A stretch of 64,000 nucleotides of DNA from Histomonas meleagridis 2922-C6/04-290x (lineage: Eukaryota; Protista; Parabasalia): contig JAANOX010000256.1 of NCBI GenBank assembly GCA_020184695.1, positions 1-64,000 on the forward strand, written 5' to 3'. Positions 11,125-23,652 of the stretch are shown here, piece after piece. A program made the position numbers and the translations under genes. The number at the start of each line of letters is the position of its first letter. Position 1 is the first letter of the stretch. The notes below the pieces were generated by a model. The model searched no databases. It worked only from the letters and a program-made list of their open reading frames with translations, and was not told the origin of the DNA.

Positions 11125-13074
11125 ATGTCTATATATGAACAAGCTGCTCATACATATTCCTCAGAGTTTAGTTCAATAGACACAACCATCATTTCAAAAA
11201 AAGTTAGTGGAGACTTAGATCCAAAGAAAGAAATGAAAGCAAGACTTAAATTATATGGAATGTTAATGAAATACAGGAAAGCTGTCATTGGTATATTTCC
11301 TTCCTTTATATTTGGTGCTGCTCCAATCATTACTTTTACATTTTTGGGTAAAGTTATTACATGTTTAGGAATTCATATTTCATCAAATGGAGAAATTGAT
11401 GTATTTGGTGATATAGAAAACTATTCCTTAGGTTTATTAGGTGTAGCTGTTATTCTTTGTGTATGTAAATTTTTTGATAGTTTTTTATGGATTCGGGTGG
11501 GATCTGAATTTACCACAGATTTAAAGGCAAAAGTATTTGACAAGTTGATGAGAAGCGAAGTAACATATTTTGATGTTACATCGATTGGAACTATATTAAC
11601 ATTATTAGGAGAAGAATCACAATCAGTTCAAGATAATTTTGGCATTACGAAAGGAAATCAGTTTCAATATATCGGACAAATGCTTTCAGGTTTTATCCTT
11701 ACATATGTTTTTGCATGGAAACTTGGACTAATTATCACATGCATTATTCCGTACACAGTATTTTTCATTTTTATATTCAGTAAATTTATTGATCGCCATA
11801 TTAACTTACGGTTTATATATGTTTCAGATTCAATGACAATCGCAGAAGAAACGTTATCAACAATTCGAACTGTCCGAGGGTTTAATCGTGAAGATTCCGA
11901 ATATAAGCGATTTTCTGATAAAACTGATTTATCAACACGCGAATATAAAAAGTTTGGATTCTTTTTAGACAGTATGTTCAGTGTTGTATTAATTGGATTA
12001 TGGGTTATCTTATTAGGTAATTTATATTACGGCGCATTATTAGTCGATAAAGGCGAATTAGATTCAGGCACATTAATGTCTGTGTTTGGCTATATGACAT
12101 TTGGCTCATTTTCAATCATTAATTTACAAACATCATTACAAGGAGAACAAAAGGCGATTCATGCAGGCTCAAGACTGTTAGAAATGATTGAACATGAATC
12201 ATCGATTCCATTTGATGGAGGAGAAACTTTAGAAAACTTTAAAGGTCGAATTGAGTTTCGAAATGTTTCATTTAAATATCCAACACGCGATTCATATGTA
12301 TTAAAGAATGTATCATTTGTTATTAAGCCTGGTCAAATGGGTGCTTTAGTTGGGCATTCAGGATCTGGTAAGTCGACATGTGTACAATTACTTGAACGAT
12401 TTTATGATGTAACTGATGGACAAATATTATTAGATGGGCATGACATTAAAACTTTAGATCCGCATTGGTTACATCAAAAAATTGGATTAGTATCACAAGA
12501 ACCGATTTTGTTCCAATTAAGTATCAAGAATAACATTAAATATGGAATTAGAGATGCAACTGATGAAATGATTCGAGAAGCTGCTGAAAAAGCAAATGCA
12601 TTAAAATTCATCGAGAAATTGGATGGAAAATTCGATTATTTCGTTGGTGAAAAAGGCGATACACTGAGTGGTGGACAAAGACAAAGAATTGCAATCGCAA
12701 GAGCTTTGATTAAGGATCCGGTGATACTGATTACTGATGAAGCAACTTCTGCTTTGGACGCTGCAAGCGAAAAGAAGGTCCAAGCTGCTTTGGACAAAGT
12801 AATGATGAATCGAACTGCTGTTGTCGTGGCGCATAGATTAAGTACTATACGAAACGCAAATATAATTTATGTGTTCGATGCAGGCGAAATCGTCGAAGTT
12901 GGTAATCATCAGTCGCTGATTGAGAAGAAAGGACATTACTATGATTTGGTGAAAAGACAACTTGAAGAAGGAACAAAAGAACAAAATGATGATGATAACA
13001 ATCATAAAGTTAAAGTTAAAGCTAAAGAATTAAGTTCAAGTTCATCTTCATCAAGTGAATCATCAGATAGTTAA
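11125..13074 (+). CDS. ABC transporter B-family (MDR/TAP-like) half transporter
   Basis: N-terminal TMD; Walker A GHSGSGKS, signature LSGGQRQR, Walker B ITDEATSALD, H-loop VAHRLST. Confidence 0.95.
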   Translation: MSIYEQAAHTYSSEFSSIDTTIISKKVSGDLDPKKEMKARLKLYGMLMKYRKAVIGIFPSFIFGAAPIITFTFLGKVITCLGIHISSNGEIDVFGDIENYSLGLLGVAVILCVCKFFDSFLWIRVGSEFTTDLKAKVFDKLMRSEVTYFDVTSIGTILTLLGEESQSVQDNFGITKGNQFQYIGQMLSGFILTYVFAWKLGLIITCIIPYTVFFIFIFSKFIDRHINLRFIYVSDSMTIAEETLSTIRTVRGFNREDSEYKRFSDKTDLSTREYKKFGFFLDSMFSVVLIGLWVILLGNLYYGALLVDKGELDSGTLMSVFGYMTFGSFSIINLQTSLQGEQKAIHAGSRLLEMIEHESSIPFDGGETLENFKGRIEFRNVSFKYPTRDSYVLKNVSFVIKPGQMGALVGHSGSGKSTCVQLLERFYDVTDGQILLDGHDIKTLDPHWLHQKIGLVSQEPILFQLSIKNNIKYGIRDATDEMIREAAEKANALKFIEKLDGKFDYFVGEKGDTLSGGQRQRIAIARALIKDPVILITDEATSALDAASEKKVQAALDKVMMNRTAVVVAHRLSTIRNANIIYVFDAGEIVEVGNHQSLIEKKGHYYDLVKRQLEEGTKEQNDDDNNHKVKVKAKELSSSSSSSSESSDS

Positions 13075-13553
13075 AATTATAATAGAAATAAAAATTTAAT
13101 ATAAATAAAGTCTAAATAGAAATAATCATTGTCAATGTGATCATTGTTAACAAAGTAATTCAAATAATTTCCAATAAGTAAAAGCACTATCAATACCTCT
13201 ATTTCTGAATAAACGCCGATTTCGAATCAAGTTTATATTCTCTTCAAAAGATAGAAGAACAATTGTTAACAAACTCAAATTTGCGGGATATCCCACTGAA
13301 AGATTTTTACACTAATTTATTGAATGATTAACAATTTGAGTTTTGGGATTTACTGGATTATTGAACAATACATAAGATAATCATACACAACTGATCGGAT
13401 TATGTGATTTTGTGAATAATTCTTGTTAAACACTGATAAAAAATGGAGATTTAATATATTTTATTAAAATGTTTCTGCTGGGTATGGTTAAAGGGGTTTT
13501 CGTTAAATTTCTTCATATTCAAAATAATTTAATTTCAACGTTCATTTTCATTT

Positions 13554-15440
13554 TTAATAACTTTTCTTCTTTTTGAATATTATCACAATCATGATCACAA
13601 TAGCCACAAATATTAAACACCCGATCACTATTCCAGCTATAGTTCCGTTGCTTAATCCTTTACTTTCTGGCACATATTTCACTAGTCCTATTTCGTTAAT
13701 ATCGATAATCGGGAATCCGTCTTTTGCCGCATCGCTCTCAGCTTTCAGTGTATAAATTCCGTTTTGGAAATCTACGAAGTCATCTTCTGTAACGTTATAC
13801 ATTTTCCCGAATGTCCATTCTTGGGAAACGCCTTTCGATATCACTCCTCCATCCAACGATACCCAATTGCCGACAGTTCCTGATGAGTTAAGCATCATAT
13901 CGATTCCAGATTCCTTAAATTTGCTATCGACGATTCTCAAGCCCGGATAAGTCTTGAACCAAAGCGATGAATTCGCATAGCCTAAATCGACGTATCTTTG
14001 GTATAATGTTTCTTTATTTGTTTTCGAACGTCCACATCGATCATCATACCAAAACGAGCGCGTGTTATTAATAAATATATTATTATTAAGTACAAAATCT
14101 CGGCCGCCACCCATTTGCGTCGAATATACATTATTAACAAAAATGTTCTCATGAATATACGTCTCTGAAAGACAATCATCATTATATACTGCAACATTAG
14201 CACGTCCTTTAACACCATTATCATGGAAATAATTCCGACGAATTGTGGTGCCACGAACAGTATAATCTCGTCCACTATAGATGACACCAGCATCATTCGT
14301 GTCCATAAGAATATTAGCAAATTCATTGTACTCAATTAGATGATTATTACCACTAAATGCAAATGCTTCATGATGACAATGTGTGATCTTACAATGTGTA
14401 ACATTAATCCCAACGCCACTAATAGAGACAGCAGGCTTGTATACACGTGACCAATTACCAAACCAATCAAAAGAACAATTATAAATCCTATTATTATAAG
14501 ATGTGAGCGTTTCTCGATCACCGCCGGAAAGAGTTACGCAACCGTCGAAAACCGTCTCAAAAGTGCTCGATTCAAGAGATATGTCATGTCCTGAAAGTGA
14601 CATACAAGTAGTGCCAAGGTATTTCATGTGGACATCCTTAATTGTGATATTGTTTCCCGTAATAGAGATTGGCTGGCCAATTGTTGATTCAATGTTAAAT
14701 CCTTCGATTGTGACATTTTCAACATTGGTTCCATAAAACATATTGTCAGTAAAAGTGGACAAGAGAACTTCATTGAAACTTTGGGATGGTGGTATAAAGT
14801 AAACCATGAGTGAATTATAATCAAGATAAAATTCACCAGGACTTGTCATCTCTTCAAGAATGTGGTAGAAAAAGAAACGCTGGCCTTGTGTACCTTGGAC
14901 ATTATATGGTACTTTGGCAGTGTCATTGGTAATTGTAACAGGCATGTGATTTGCAGCCCAGTCATAATTCCACATTCCAAATGCCCAAATATCATCTAGA
15001 GATGCCCAATTTTGTAAGTGTGTGTTGTTGAAGCGAAAACCGACATTTTGTACTGATGTAGTCGTATTTAATATTCTAAGATACTCACCAAATTTGGGGT
15101 ATTGTGGTACATTCATTTGTACACCATCAATATATAATTGAGCATGTGACCCTTTTTCATTTCCACCAAATCCACGCTTTTTGAAATACTCAGGATTTTG
15201 AATTAAATTTTGACGCAAATCACATTCCCAAACTTGGCCGCGGACAGATTCATCAATTCTTTCTCGTACCGTTCCATCAGTGAGCTTCCTACAAAATCGA
15301 AGTTTTTTAGCGCCAATAAAACGACTTCCTTTTTCTGCTATATAATGTGTATTGCTTTCAACTGTATACCTACTGGTAAAGAAATAATCGCCTGCAGGGA
15401 ATCTTACAATTTGTTCCGAAACCAAAAAAAGCAAAAACAT
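13554..15440 (-). CDS. Type-I membrane-anchored right-handed beta-helix protein (GH141-like putative glycan-degrading enzyme)
   Basis: Short hydrophobic N-terminus, PbH1-type repeats, motifs ILEEMTSPGEFYLD and DAGVIYSGR..RGTTIRRNYFHD..VYNDD, C-terminal TM helix followed by KKKK. Confidence 0.75.
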   Translation of the reverse strand: MFLLFLVSEQIVRFPAGDYFFTSRYTVESNTHYIAEKGSRFIGAKKLRFCRKLTDGTVRERIDESVRGQVWECDLRQNLIQNPEYFKKRGFGGNEKGSHAQLYIDGVQMNVPQYPKFGEYLRILNTTTSVQNVGFRFNNTHLQNWASLDDIWAFGMWNYDWAANHMPVTITNDTAKVPYNVQGTQGQRFFFYHILEEMTSPGEFYLDYNSLMVYFIPPSQSFNEVLLSTFTDNMFYGTNVENVTIEGFNIESTIGQPISITGNNITIKDVHMKYLGTTCMSLSGHDISLESSTFETVFDGCVTLSGGDRETLTSYNNRIYNCSFDWFGNWSRVYKPAVSISGVGINVTHCKITHCHHEAFAFSGNNHLIEYNEFANILMDTNDAGVIYSGRDYTVRGTTIRRNYFHDNGVKGRANVAVYNDDCLSETYIHENIFVNNVYSTQMGGGRDFVLNNNIFINNTRSFWYDDRCGRSKTNKETLYQRYVDLGYANSSLWFKTYPGLRIVDSKFKESGIDMMLNSSGTVGNWVSLDGGVISKGVSQEWTFGKMYNVTEDDFVDFQNGIYTLKAESDAAKDGFPIIDINEIGLVKYVPESKGLSNGTIAGIVIGCLIFVAIVIMIVIIFKKKKSY

Positions 15441-16917
15441 TTTCTGGAAACGTTTCAGAATTCTGAATTTATCTCAATTTCTGAGCTATTGAAATTTCAC
15501 TGCGAGGTGACATTCGATTTGGGTTTGACTGTTAACATGGTGTCACTTGGATATTTCAAATTACTATTTTGAACCTCAAAATCTTTGGTTCAACATCATT
15601 CTTTGATAATTCTTGGATGGGTTCATAATTTGGTAAATCAAATTTTCAGTGAAATTGTGTTAATATTTAAAATATGTGGATGATTTAGATAGGGTAAATT
15701 TTTTGCTTCTTTCAAATTATATTCAATCATATTCACAAGAAGATAACAAGATGCTTGCTTTTTCTTATTTCGAAATTGTTCAAAAACATTAAATATTTTT
15801 GACTTAGTATTATGCTTCAATCACCTTTACAAAATTTAAATATGTTTCTAGAAACACTAGTGATTTCATTTTTACTGGAAAAAAAAATAATATCATCGCT
15901 AAAATGAAATTTCTATGTTAGAGAATATTTTTCATTAAGTTGGTAAATTATTTACTGATTGAGTAACAATATTTTTGTTCATGTCAAATATAATATGTTC
16001 AAACTCTATAAATAATTTCCATTTTGGGATTTTTGATTTTTAGATACTGGTTTTTTTTTATTTTTTGTTTTATCCTTTTTATTTCATATGCTTTGTTTGA
16101 TGTAATTTTTTTTTTATATCTTGTATTGAGAATTCACAACATAATTCATTAAATAACAGTGTTTTTTCATCTTTTGATTAGAAATTTTTTAACATTGTTA
16201 TGTATTCTAATTCTTTTAGTAAGGATTTTTTATTTTTGATATTGAATGATTAATTCCCTTTATAAGAATCAATTCTTACAGGAAAATATTATATTCATTA
16301 ATTATACAAAGTTGATTTAATAAGATCAAAATACATTAAAAATGGTTGGGAATAAAAAAATATGAATTTTTTATTTACTCAAAAATGCTTGATGAAAAAA
16401 GTGATAGAAATATATGTAATTTTAAAATTCAACCTAATGAAAGAAGAATCAAACGTTTAATCTAAATGATTGAAATTATATTCTATTAATAATAATAATA
16501 ATGTTAACATTTTATTCTAAACTTATTACTTATCATAAATCGATTTATATTACATTTCACTTATATTTTTATCATGATCAATAAAAAAATAAAAATACAA
16601 AACAAAATCACACTTAGGAGCGGATAAACAGAACATACTCATAATCATAGTGTTGGGTGAATCTTTTTATGTAAACAAGAATAAACAATCATTCATACAT
16701 GCACAGAAATATTAAAATAGGGAAAGTGCACATGTAAAAAATAGTATAAAAAACAATGAAAAGAATGTTCTATCTGAGCATATCAATATTTATCAAAAGA
16801 AATAAAGAGTTCATTATAATGCATTATCTCAATTAAGTCAAAAGCATTTTTTATTTATTATTTTGTGATCTCATTAGATTTCTCATGACTTAAAAAAATG
16901 GCCATGGTAAAATAACT

Positions 16918-17463
16918 TTAATGAATATTATACAATTCTTCAACCTTTTGTCTATACTTTTGATCAAGATTGCTTTTGTCCATCCAATTGATAATTATTT
17001 GAACTATCTCATCATCCGTTGGTTCCCTTATTTGGACGTACTCAATATCTGATGGCATTGGAAGGGATCTGACCATTTCAACAACTTCTGGTTGCTGAAT
17101 GAAATTAATATTTTGATACAAAATCAAAATATTTTGAGCAATTATTGGTGCTGCTTTATCTTTGGAAAAAATAGTCCAACTGTCAAGAATGGTTGATAAG
17201 GAGTCTTTAACTTTTTCAAGAGATTGTATTCTTATATCAATGTTGTATTTCCTTTTAGCATATTTAGTAATTTTATACTTGTCTCCTTGAAGTAGTGAAT
17301 TGTGCAGAAGATTATTTATTGATTCAGAAGTTCTGATTAAGGATCCCAGATCTGATCTTACATAACTTACCATAATACGGAATTCATTCTTTTTCTTTTC
17401 GTTTCTTTGGCTGTCAGTAAATGAGAACAACCATGCAAGTACTCTTTCAATGAAGTTCGTCAT
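16918..17463 (-). CDS. Hypothetical protein (181 aa)
   Basis: ATG-initiated ORF with protein-like composition; no recognisable motif. Confidence 0.6.
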   Translation of the reverse strand: MTNFIERVLAWLFSFTDSQRNEKKKNEFRIMVSYVRSDLGSLIRTSESINNLLHNSLLQGDKYKITKYAKRKYNIDIRIQSLEKVKDSLSTILDSWTIFSKDKAAPIIAQNILILYQNINFIQQPEVVEMVRSLPMPSDIEYVQIREPTDDEIVQIIINWMDKSNLDQKYRQKVEELYNIH

Positions 17464-17849
17464 GAGGATTAAAAAAATTTATGAATCGACCTTTTGATAA
17501 GTTTACAACATAATATAAACGGCCTCGAGTTAAAGGCGTATTCAATTTCCGGTGAAGAAAATTTTTGCGTGAAAACTAAAACTCTTTTTTCAAAAGTGAA
17601 TGGTATTTATTGATTATCATTACTGCCGTGCACTTTTGTCCTTACTGCAGTGGAAGTAGCGTATGATCAAATTTCTTGATGAAAATCAATTGGTATTTGG
17701 TCGGAAGTTAGGACGATAGTTATAAGAACATGTGTCATATTACGCGTAATCGCATCATACAAAATATTGCAACGCAATTTTTAAATAAATTTTTATTATT
17801 CAAATATATTTTCCAAAGTATTTTAAGTATTTTCAGCGTGATTCATGAC

Positions 17850-18536
17850 CTAATGAATAATTGTCGTACAATCGCTTGATAGCATCAGTCGACTCCACTA
17901 ATTGCCAAACGAATATGTTCTGAAATCAGTATCAATTATAATGCAAAAATCAGGAAATGTAAATACATGCAGAAGCTCATCATCAAAGATTGGAATGGAT
18001 GACCTTTTTTGATGTTATTCGCCAAGAGTTCCAAAGATATAAACCTCTTTTTGCATTGTGGAGTCACAACTTTTAACTTCATTAAATAAATTACCGCCTT
18101 TAAGTGCAATTGATGGTACTATGATGGGGAAAATATTTCTGTCTTCTTTGCTGATAAAAGCAGTGTGGTTTTCAAGTAAAACCGATAGAAACCGTTTTTA
18201 GCTCAGAATCAAAATGCTGAGTAATGGGAGAAAAGCTACTTAAATCAGGCCAATAAATGACTAAACTATCATCAGAAATAATTGCAAAAGATTTGTTATA
18301 TGATGCTATAGGTTTTGCTGTCAGATTCTCTATTTGGGTTGGAATATTATTCTGTGTGAATAAAAGACCTGAGCCAAAAAGCTTATTTTCTGTTGTTAAC
18401 CAAACAGTAAAATCTTTGCCACATGCAACAGATTTGAAATTTTGCTCCAATTTAATAGGATAAATTCATTTACAGTACTTTCGGTACTTTCTATACCTAA
18501 CTGGAGTTTGCTGTTATTCCCGATTGCAAGACTCAT
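17850..18536 (-). pseudogene. RCC1/BLIP-II repeat gene remnant
   Basis: ATG 18536 MSLAIGNNSKLQLG, frameshift into FKSVACGKDFTVWLTTENKLFGSG and LKTVSIG, then further frameshifts. 3' boundary approximate. Confidence 0.55.
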
Positions 18537-20401
18537 ATTTTTTTAAGAATAATTACTGAATGTGATTATGAAGAAGATCCAGAAATAATCGATCCATACT
18601 CTTTTTTGAGGTTTATTACTTGTGGCTCCTTTGAGTTTCCATATTGAGTGAATGAGTTTGGGATTGATCCATTATTTTGGATAAAAAGCAATTTTACGTA
18701 AAATAGCTATTTAGACATAAGCAAACCATGTGATATTGTTTGACAAGGTCTGTTCCATTTTTCATGAAGCCGATAGTATCGTAGGATTTAAACGTTCAAA
18801 AAAAAATCTTTTGTTCAGCAAAAGACACCAAATTACTTATACCGCCGATTATTTATTCATGTTGCACAAACGTAAAACCATTACTTTTGAATATGTCAAG
18901 TGCATGATTCGAAAAATATTTTTCAAAATCACATGATCTCAATATGGGCTTAATCCAATCTATACGTTTCTAAAATGTTCAACAACTTGAAGAATTTTGT
19001 ATGTAACAACACATTTGTTCCTTTATGTTTGTAATGTACAATTGACATACATTTTTTCAAAGTATGATGTATTCATTTTGATCCATTTTCTAGCAACAAC
19101 TATAGTTAGAAACAGTATCGTTTTCATTATTTTATATTTTTTCACTCCAAAACTATTCTAATCTATTTATTTTTTTGAACACGTAAAACAATCTAAACCC
19201 TGAAGAAATGCATCTCATTAATTAAAACTTTATTTTATATTAAAATACATCAAGTTAAATCTTTTAAGAAACACAAATTCATGATGACGAAAAAATACAA
19301 AATCTTTTTTTGTTCAAGAAATTAAAGATAAAGAAAATAATTTATCGAACAATTGTTCTAATTCTTTGTTAACATATTGTAGATGACTATTTTGATTCAT
19401 TCGTTCACTTCAGTCATAAAAAATTGTTGTCAAAATGGAGCGATTTGTTTAACTTTTATAAAACTTCCATTTTTATACAAACAGTAAAATGGAACGACAT
19501 GAATTACAAAACAAATTGAAGCTCTAATTCAGCTCTATAGCACGTATTCATTATGTTATTTAAAAGTGGACGTGCTGCATTATGTGCATTTCTTTTCTTG
19601 TTATCATTATATGTTGCTTAAAAAGGTTTTAAGGGCAAATTGAAAAACTCCGATAAAACAACAATTTTTTAATGTTTAACCGTGAAATTTTTAACTTTTG
19701 TATTGGCCGATGCGTATTTGGTACGAGTCTTCAGCTATATTTCAGCTCGAAGCATGAAAATCCTTCATTTACTTGTCGTTTCGAATCTCGCAAGGCAATA
19801 TAAAACTGACACAATGTTAAAGGCATCATTTTTCCCCCAAATAGAAATATTAAAAATATCAAACAATAACAACAGCAAAGAGCTGACTCATCTACACTAT
19901 GAAGAAGTTCCAATTTTTGAAATTATGAGAAAAAACTTTAATATATTTATCAATAATTACAAAGTTTTGATAAACCATTTGTTTTTAACCCACATGACTA
20001 ACAGCAAATGTGCATCATTAGGACATGATAATTATGGTGACAAGCTTAAATTTTCAAAATCAGATTTTCCAATTGTTACAAAAAGATACATTAAAACCAG
20101 CATAATTGTTAAAAAAGATATACCCCTGCAAACCCTGGACAAATCTCACGGTTATACATCCGTAATACGTTGGGGATTTTCATGCTTTTCCTTTATTCAA
20201 GAAGAAGGACCAAATATTTTCAATGTTTTACTTCATTTAACCGTCATTTTTTCAATGATATTTCCAGTTATTTATAAATAACATCAAATTTTATCAGAAA
20301 AATACAATTTCAGTTCAGAAATGTTAACGACCAAATATACATTGAAAGTAAAAGAAAAGAAAAAAATTGAAAATATTTTTGTATATATTTTTGTTATTGT
20401 T

Positions 20402-21628
20402 ATGTTTTTCATGAATTCTTATCAAATATATAATAAAGATAATTCAACACTTATAATCATGAGTTCAAATGAATTTAATGAAATTTCTCAATATCAAAAC
20501 ATCACTAAATTTATAATTATCAGTGAAAATATTTATTCAATTCCAAGTAATGCATTTTCAGGATGGCATTCAGTTGTTTCAGTTAATTTTGGTAATTCAG
20601 TCACATATATTGGAGGTTATGTGTTTTCTTCATGTTTTAATTTAGAAAGGATTATAATTGGAGAAAATGTTACGACAATTGGTGGTGGAGCATTTTCAAT
20701 GTGTTCATCAATCAAAAACATTACAATTCCAAATTCAGTTACAATAATTGGAAATTCAGCATTTTCATCATGTTCTAATTTAAGGATATTAACACTTGGA
20801 TATGGAATCAGAGAAATTGGAGGTTCGGCATTTGGGAATTGTTATCATCTTGAATGCATTTATTATTATGGATATTCAGAACCTGATATTGGTTTAAGTG
20901 CATTTTATAATGTATCAACAAGTGTTATCACATATTCAACATACAAAGACAAACAATTTGGACAATTAGAAGTTATTAGCGAATCGGCAGAAGGAATATG
21001 CGAACCACTTCCAACACACTCGTTTAGTCAATCGAATACATTTTCTAATTCGAATACATTTACTAATTCAAATTCATTAACTCAATCAATTGCAACAATG
21101 AATTCAATTGCATTTACAGTGTTAAATTCATTTTCTGAGTACATAAGTGCAGTATCGAAATCTTTTTCATATTTATTGACTTATACTTTATCAATTACCC
21201 ATTCATTAACGATCTATGAAACAAAAACAAAATCATTTTCTTTACATATAGTTAATTCATCATCTTCATATATTGAAACGGAATTAGTTTATTATAATTA
21301 CACAATTGTTATTTACACAACATATTACAATTATTACTCGAATTTCTTTACAATGTTTTATACAAATAATTCGCAAACGAATGATAATAAAACGACAATT
21401 ATCATTGTAATTGTTTGTGTTATTGTTGTAATCATTATCATAGTTATATTACTTATTATGTTATTAATTCGTATTCGTAATAAAAAGGAAATAAATGAAA
21501 ACGAAAACTCAGAACACAACGAAAATGAAACAGTAAATACATTTACAACGGGAATAAACATATCAAATATTGAAGAAGATCCATTTGCAGATGATTTTAA
21601 AGAAGATAAATTTATTGAACAAATATAA
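20402..21628 (+). CDS. BspA-like TpLRR surface protein with Ser/Thr stalk, TM helix and EEDPFADDF tail
   Basis: TpLRR repeats (IPNSVTIIGNSAFSSCSNL), SxT-rich stalk, TM IIIVIVCVIVVIIIIVILLIML, acidic tail. Start placed at ATG 20402. Confidence 0.9.
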   Translation: MFFMNSYQIYNKDNSTLIIMSSNEFNEISQYQNITKFIIISENIYSIPSNAFSGWHSVVSVNFGNSVTYIGGYVFSSCFNLERIIIGENVTTIGGGAFSMCSSIKNITIPNSVTIIGNSAFSSCSNLRILTLGYGIREIGGSAFGNCYHLECIYYYGYSEPDIGLSAFYNVSTSVITYSTYKDKQFGQLEVISESAEGICEPLPTHSFSQSNTFSNSNTFTNSNSLTQSIATMNSIAFTVLNSFSEYISAVSKSFSYLLTYTLSITHSLTIYETKTKSFSLHIVNSSSSYIETELVYYNYTIVIYTTYYNYYSNFFTMFYTNNSQTNDNKTTIIIVIVCVIVVIIIIVILLIMLLIRIRNKKEINENENSEHNENETVNTFTTGINISNIEEDPFADDFKEDKFIEQI

Positions 21629-21799
21629 TTTTTAAATATCAAATGCTTTGTGTTTAATATCAAATTTTTTAAGATCTTTTCCACCTTTCATTCTTTTATC
21701 AAATTAGATTAAAATAATTTAAAAACATATTTTATAATTTATTAAACATTTGTGATTGGATGTATTTCAATAATTGGTCTTCTAACTACTTTCGACATC

Positions 21800-22960
21800 T
21801 CATTTCACGTCATCGAAAACATTTTTTAATATAAACTCCAACAATTTCTTTACTTTCAATTGTTGTTCATTAAACTTTTCGACATTTACTTTCCAATTAC
21901 AATTATTTTCATCGATTTCTTCACACACCTCTTCCCAAAACGCCAAAAAAGCAGCACATCCATTACAGTCTTTAACATCGAACTTCATAACAAATGATTT
22001 ATCTTTACCATAAAACTCACCATTTAGACCAAACACATCAATGAACTCAACATCTCTCAACAATTCCTTTTTCATATTAAACAAATCAAAAAAATAATTT
22101 GTGTTTTCATATGTGATTAAATATGAACAATCACTTATAACATACTCAAAAAAGTCTAATAAATTTATTGTCTCATTACACTCAACAAATGGTTCAAATG
22201 AAGAAATTTTAAAATTTAAATATTCGAAATTATCAATGATATAATGAACAGATAAAAAACCAAATGCTGACGATATTAATGTTGGAAGTATTATGACATT
22301 AGTGACAAATGGTTCAAATGATGTCGGATCGTTATAGCATTGGAAAATTTGTTCTCCAATTCGAGCCAAAAGCTTAGCAGAGACTTTAAAATCTTCGTCG
22401 GTGAGAAGCTGTTTGGGCAAAATTGGAAGTGTTTCATTTTGGATAAGTGATGTGAAATAATTGATTATTCCATCTAATTATTGTTGAATCCCTGGACGTT
22501 GAATGTGAAGAAAATCTAATATAAGATGGACATAGTTCAAATAAAAGTCTGTAAAATTGGAAAATGAAATTGATAACTTTTTGGAATCAAAAATGAAAAT
22601 GAAATTTTGATTAAGTGTGTTAACTGCAATAAGCTCTTGAAGTAGTTGTTCTGTAATAAGTGATAAATATGTATATTTGACGGAATTACGTGGACCAACA
22701 ATTACATCTTTGAAATGATAAGAAACACATCCTGGAGTAATTATACGGCGTTTTGATACATTGGCTGTACGCGCGTCATAAGATCTGGATAAAGTGTAAG
22801 TTTGTCTTTGTTAATTTTGGGAAAATGTGATAACAAATTTTGAAATGTAAATTGATGTTGATGCTTTTCTTCAAGCTTAGCTTTTTTTGTAAAATGATAT
22901 TGTTTTAGAATAGAACAGATGTTATTTTGATCATGTACTTTCTTTTTTTACCAACTTGAA
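21800..22960 (-). pseudogene. Hypothetical gene disrupted by a frameshift and an in-frame TAA at 22478-22480
   Basis: ORF 21800-22420 continues upstream in frame through GIQQ*LDGIINYF for about 100 further codons; more upstream coding sequence lies in another frame. 5' boundary approximate. Confidence 0.5.
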
Positions 22961-23037
22961 CACCAACGACCGTTTATTAATACGAGTCAACCGTTAAGAC
23001 GCGAGGAACAAATTTAAAAAATTTAATCCAATCCCCA

Positions 23038-23652
23038 ATGTGCACACCAAGCAATGATGAATTTACCGCTAAGATAATACTTATTGGAGATCCGCGAGTT
23101 GGAAAAACTTCTCTTTGTAATAGGTATTTTAATTCCACTTTCAATGAAAATCAGTCTGTTACATTTCCAAGACAAGATTTTAAGTGCGAAAGACAATATG
23201 ATTTAGGCGTTGTTACCATGAATGTATGGGACACTGCAGGACAAGAAGATTTTAAGAGTGTTGTTCCTTTATATTTTAAAAATTCTTCAGCTGGCATATG
23301 CGTTTTTGATATCAACAACGAAGAATCTTTTGAAAACATCAAAGAAAGAATCAATGAATTTTTACACGTTACCAAAAGTTCTAATAATTTTAAAGTACCA
23401 ATCATTTTTCTTGTAGGGAATAAAAATGATTTGAACGAATGGAAAGCAAAAGAATCTCTAGTAAACAAAGCAGAGCAATATGCGAGAAATCAAAATGCTC
23501 AATTCATATTAACTTCAGCAAAAACAGGCGAAAATGTTGATCAATTATTTCAAAGTGTATTTGATGAAGTTTACGCTCAAAAGAAAATATGCACACCTGA
23601 TGGTGTAGCTCTTAACCCAGATGTACCACCAAAAAAAGGTTGTTGTGATTAA
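23038..23652 (+). CDS. Rab-family small GTPase
   Basis: GDPRVGKTS, WDTAGQE, NKND, TSAK, C-terminal GCCD. Confidence 0.95.
   Translation: MCTPSNDEFTAKIILIGDPRVGKTSLCNRYFNSTFNENQSVTFPRQDFKCERQYDLGVVTMNVWDTAGQEDFKSVVPLYFKNSSAGICVFDINNEESFENIKERINEFLHVTKSSNNFKVPIIFLVGNKNDLNEWKAKESLVNKAEQYARNQNAQFILTSAKTGENVDQLFQSVFDEVYAQKKICTPDGVALNPDVPPKKGCCD

Noticed and set aside
18700-19100. Possible IS630-like transposase remnant on the minus strand
   Set aside because: Only vague similarity (YDTIGF..) with many stops; no DDE motifs or TIRs.
19682-20281. 199-aa ORF
   Set aside because: GTG start, no recognisable motif or Inr; could not be supported as a gene.
22478-22480. TAA-to-Gln genetic code reassignment
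   Set aside because: Conserved genes (both Rabs after CC/CCD, PTEN, BRF1, CYRI) end correctly at TAA.
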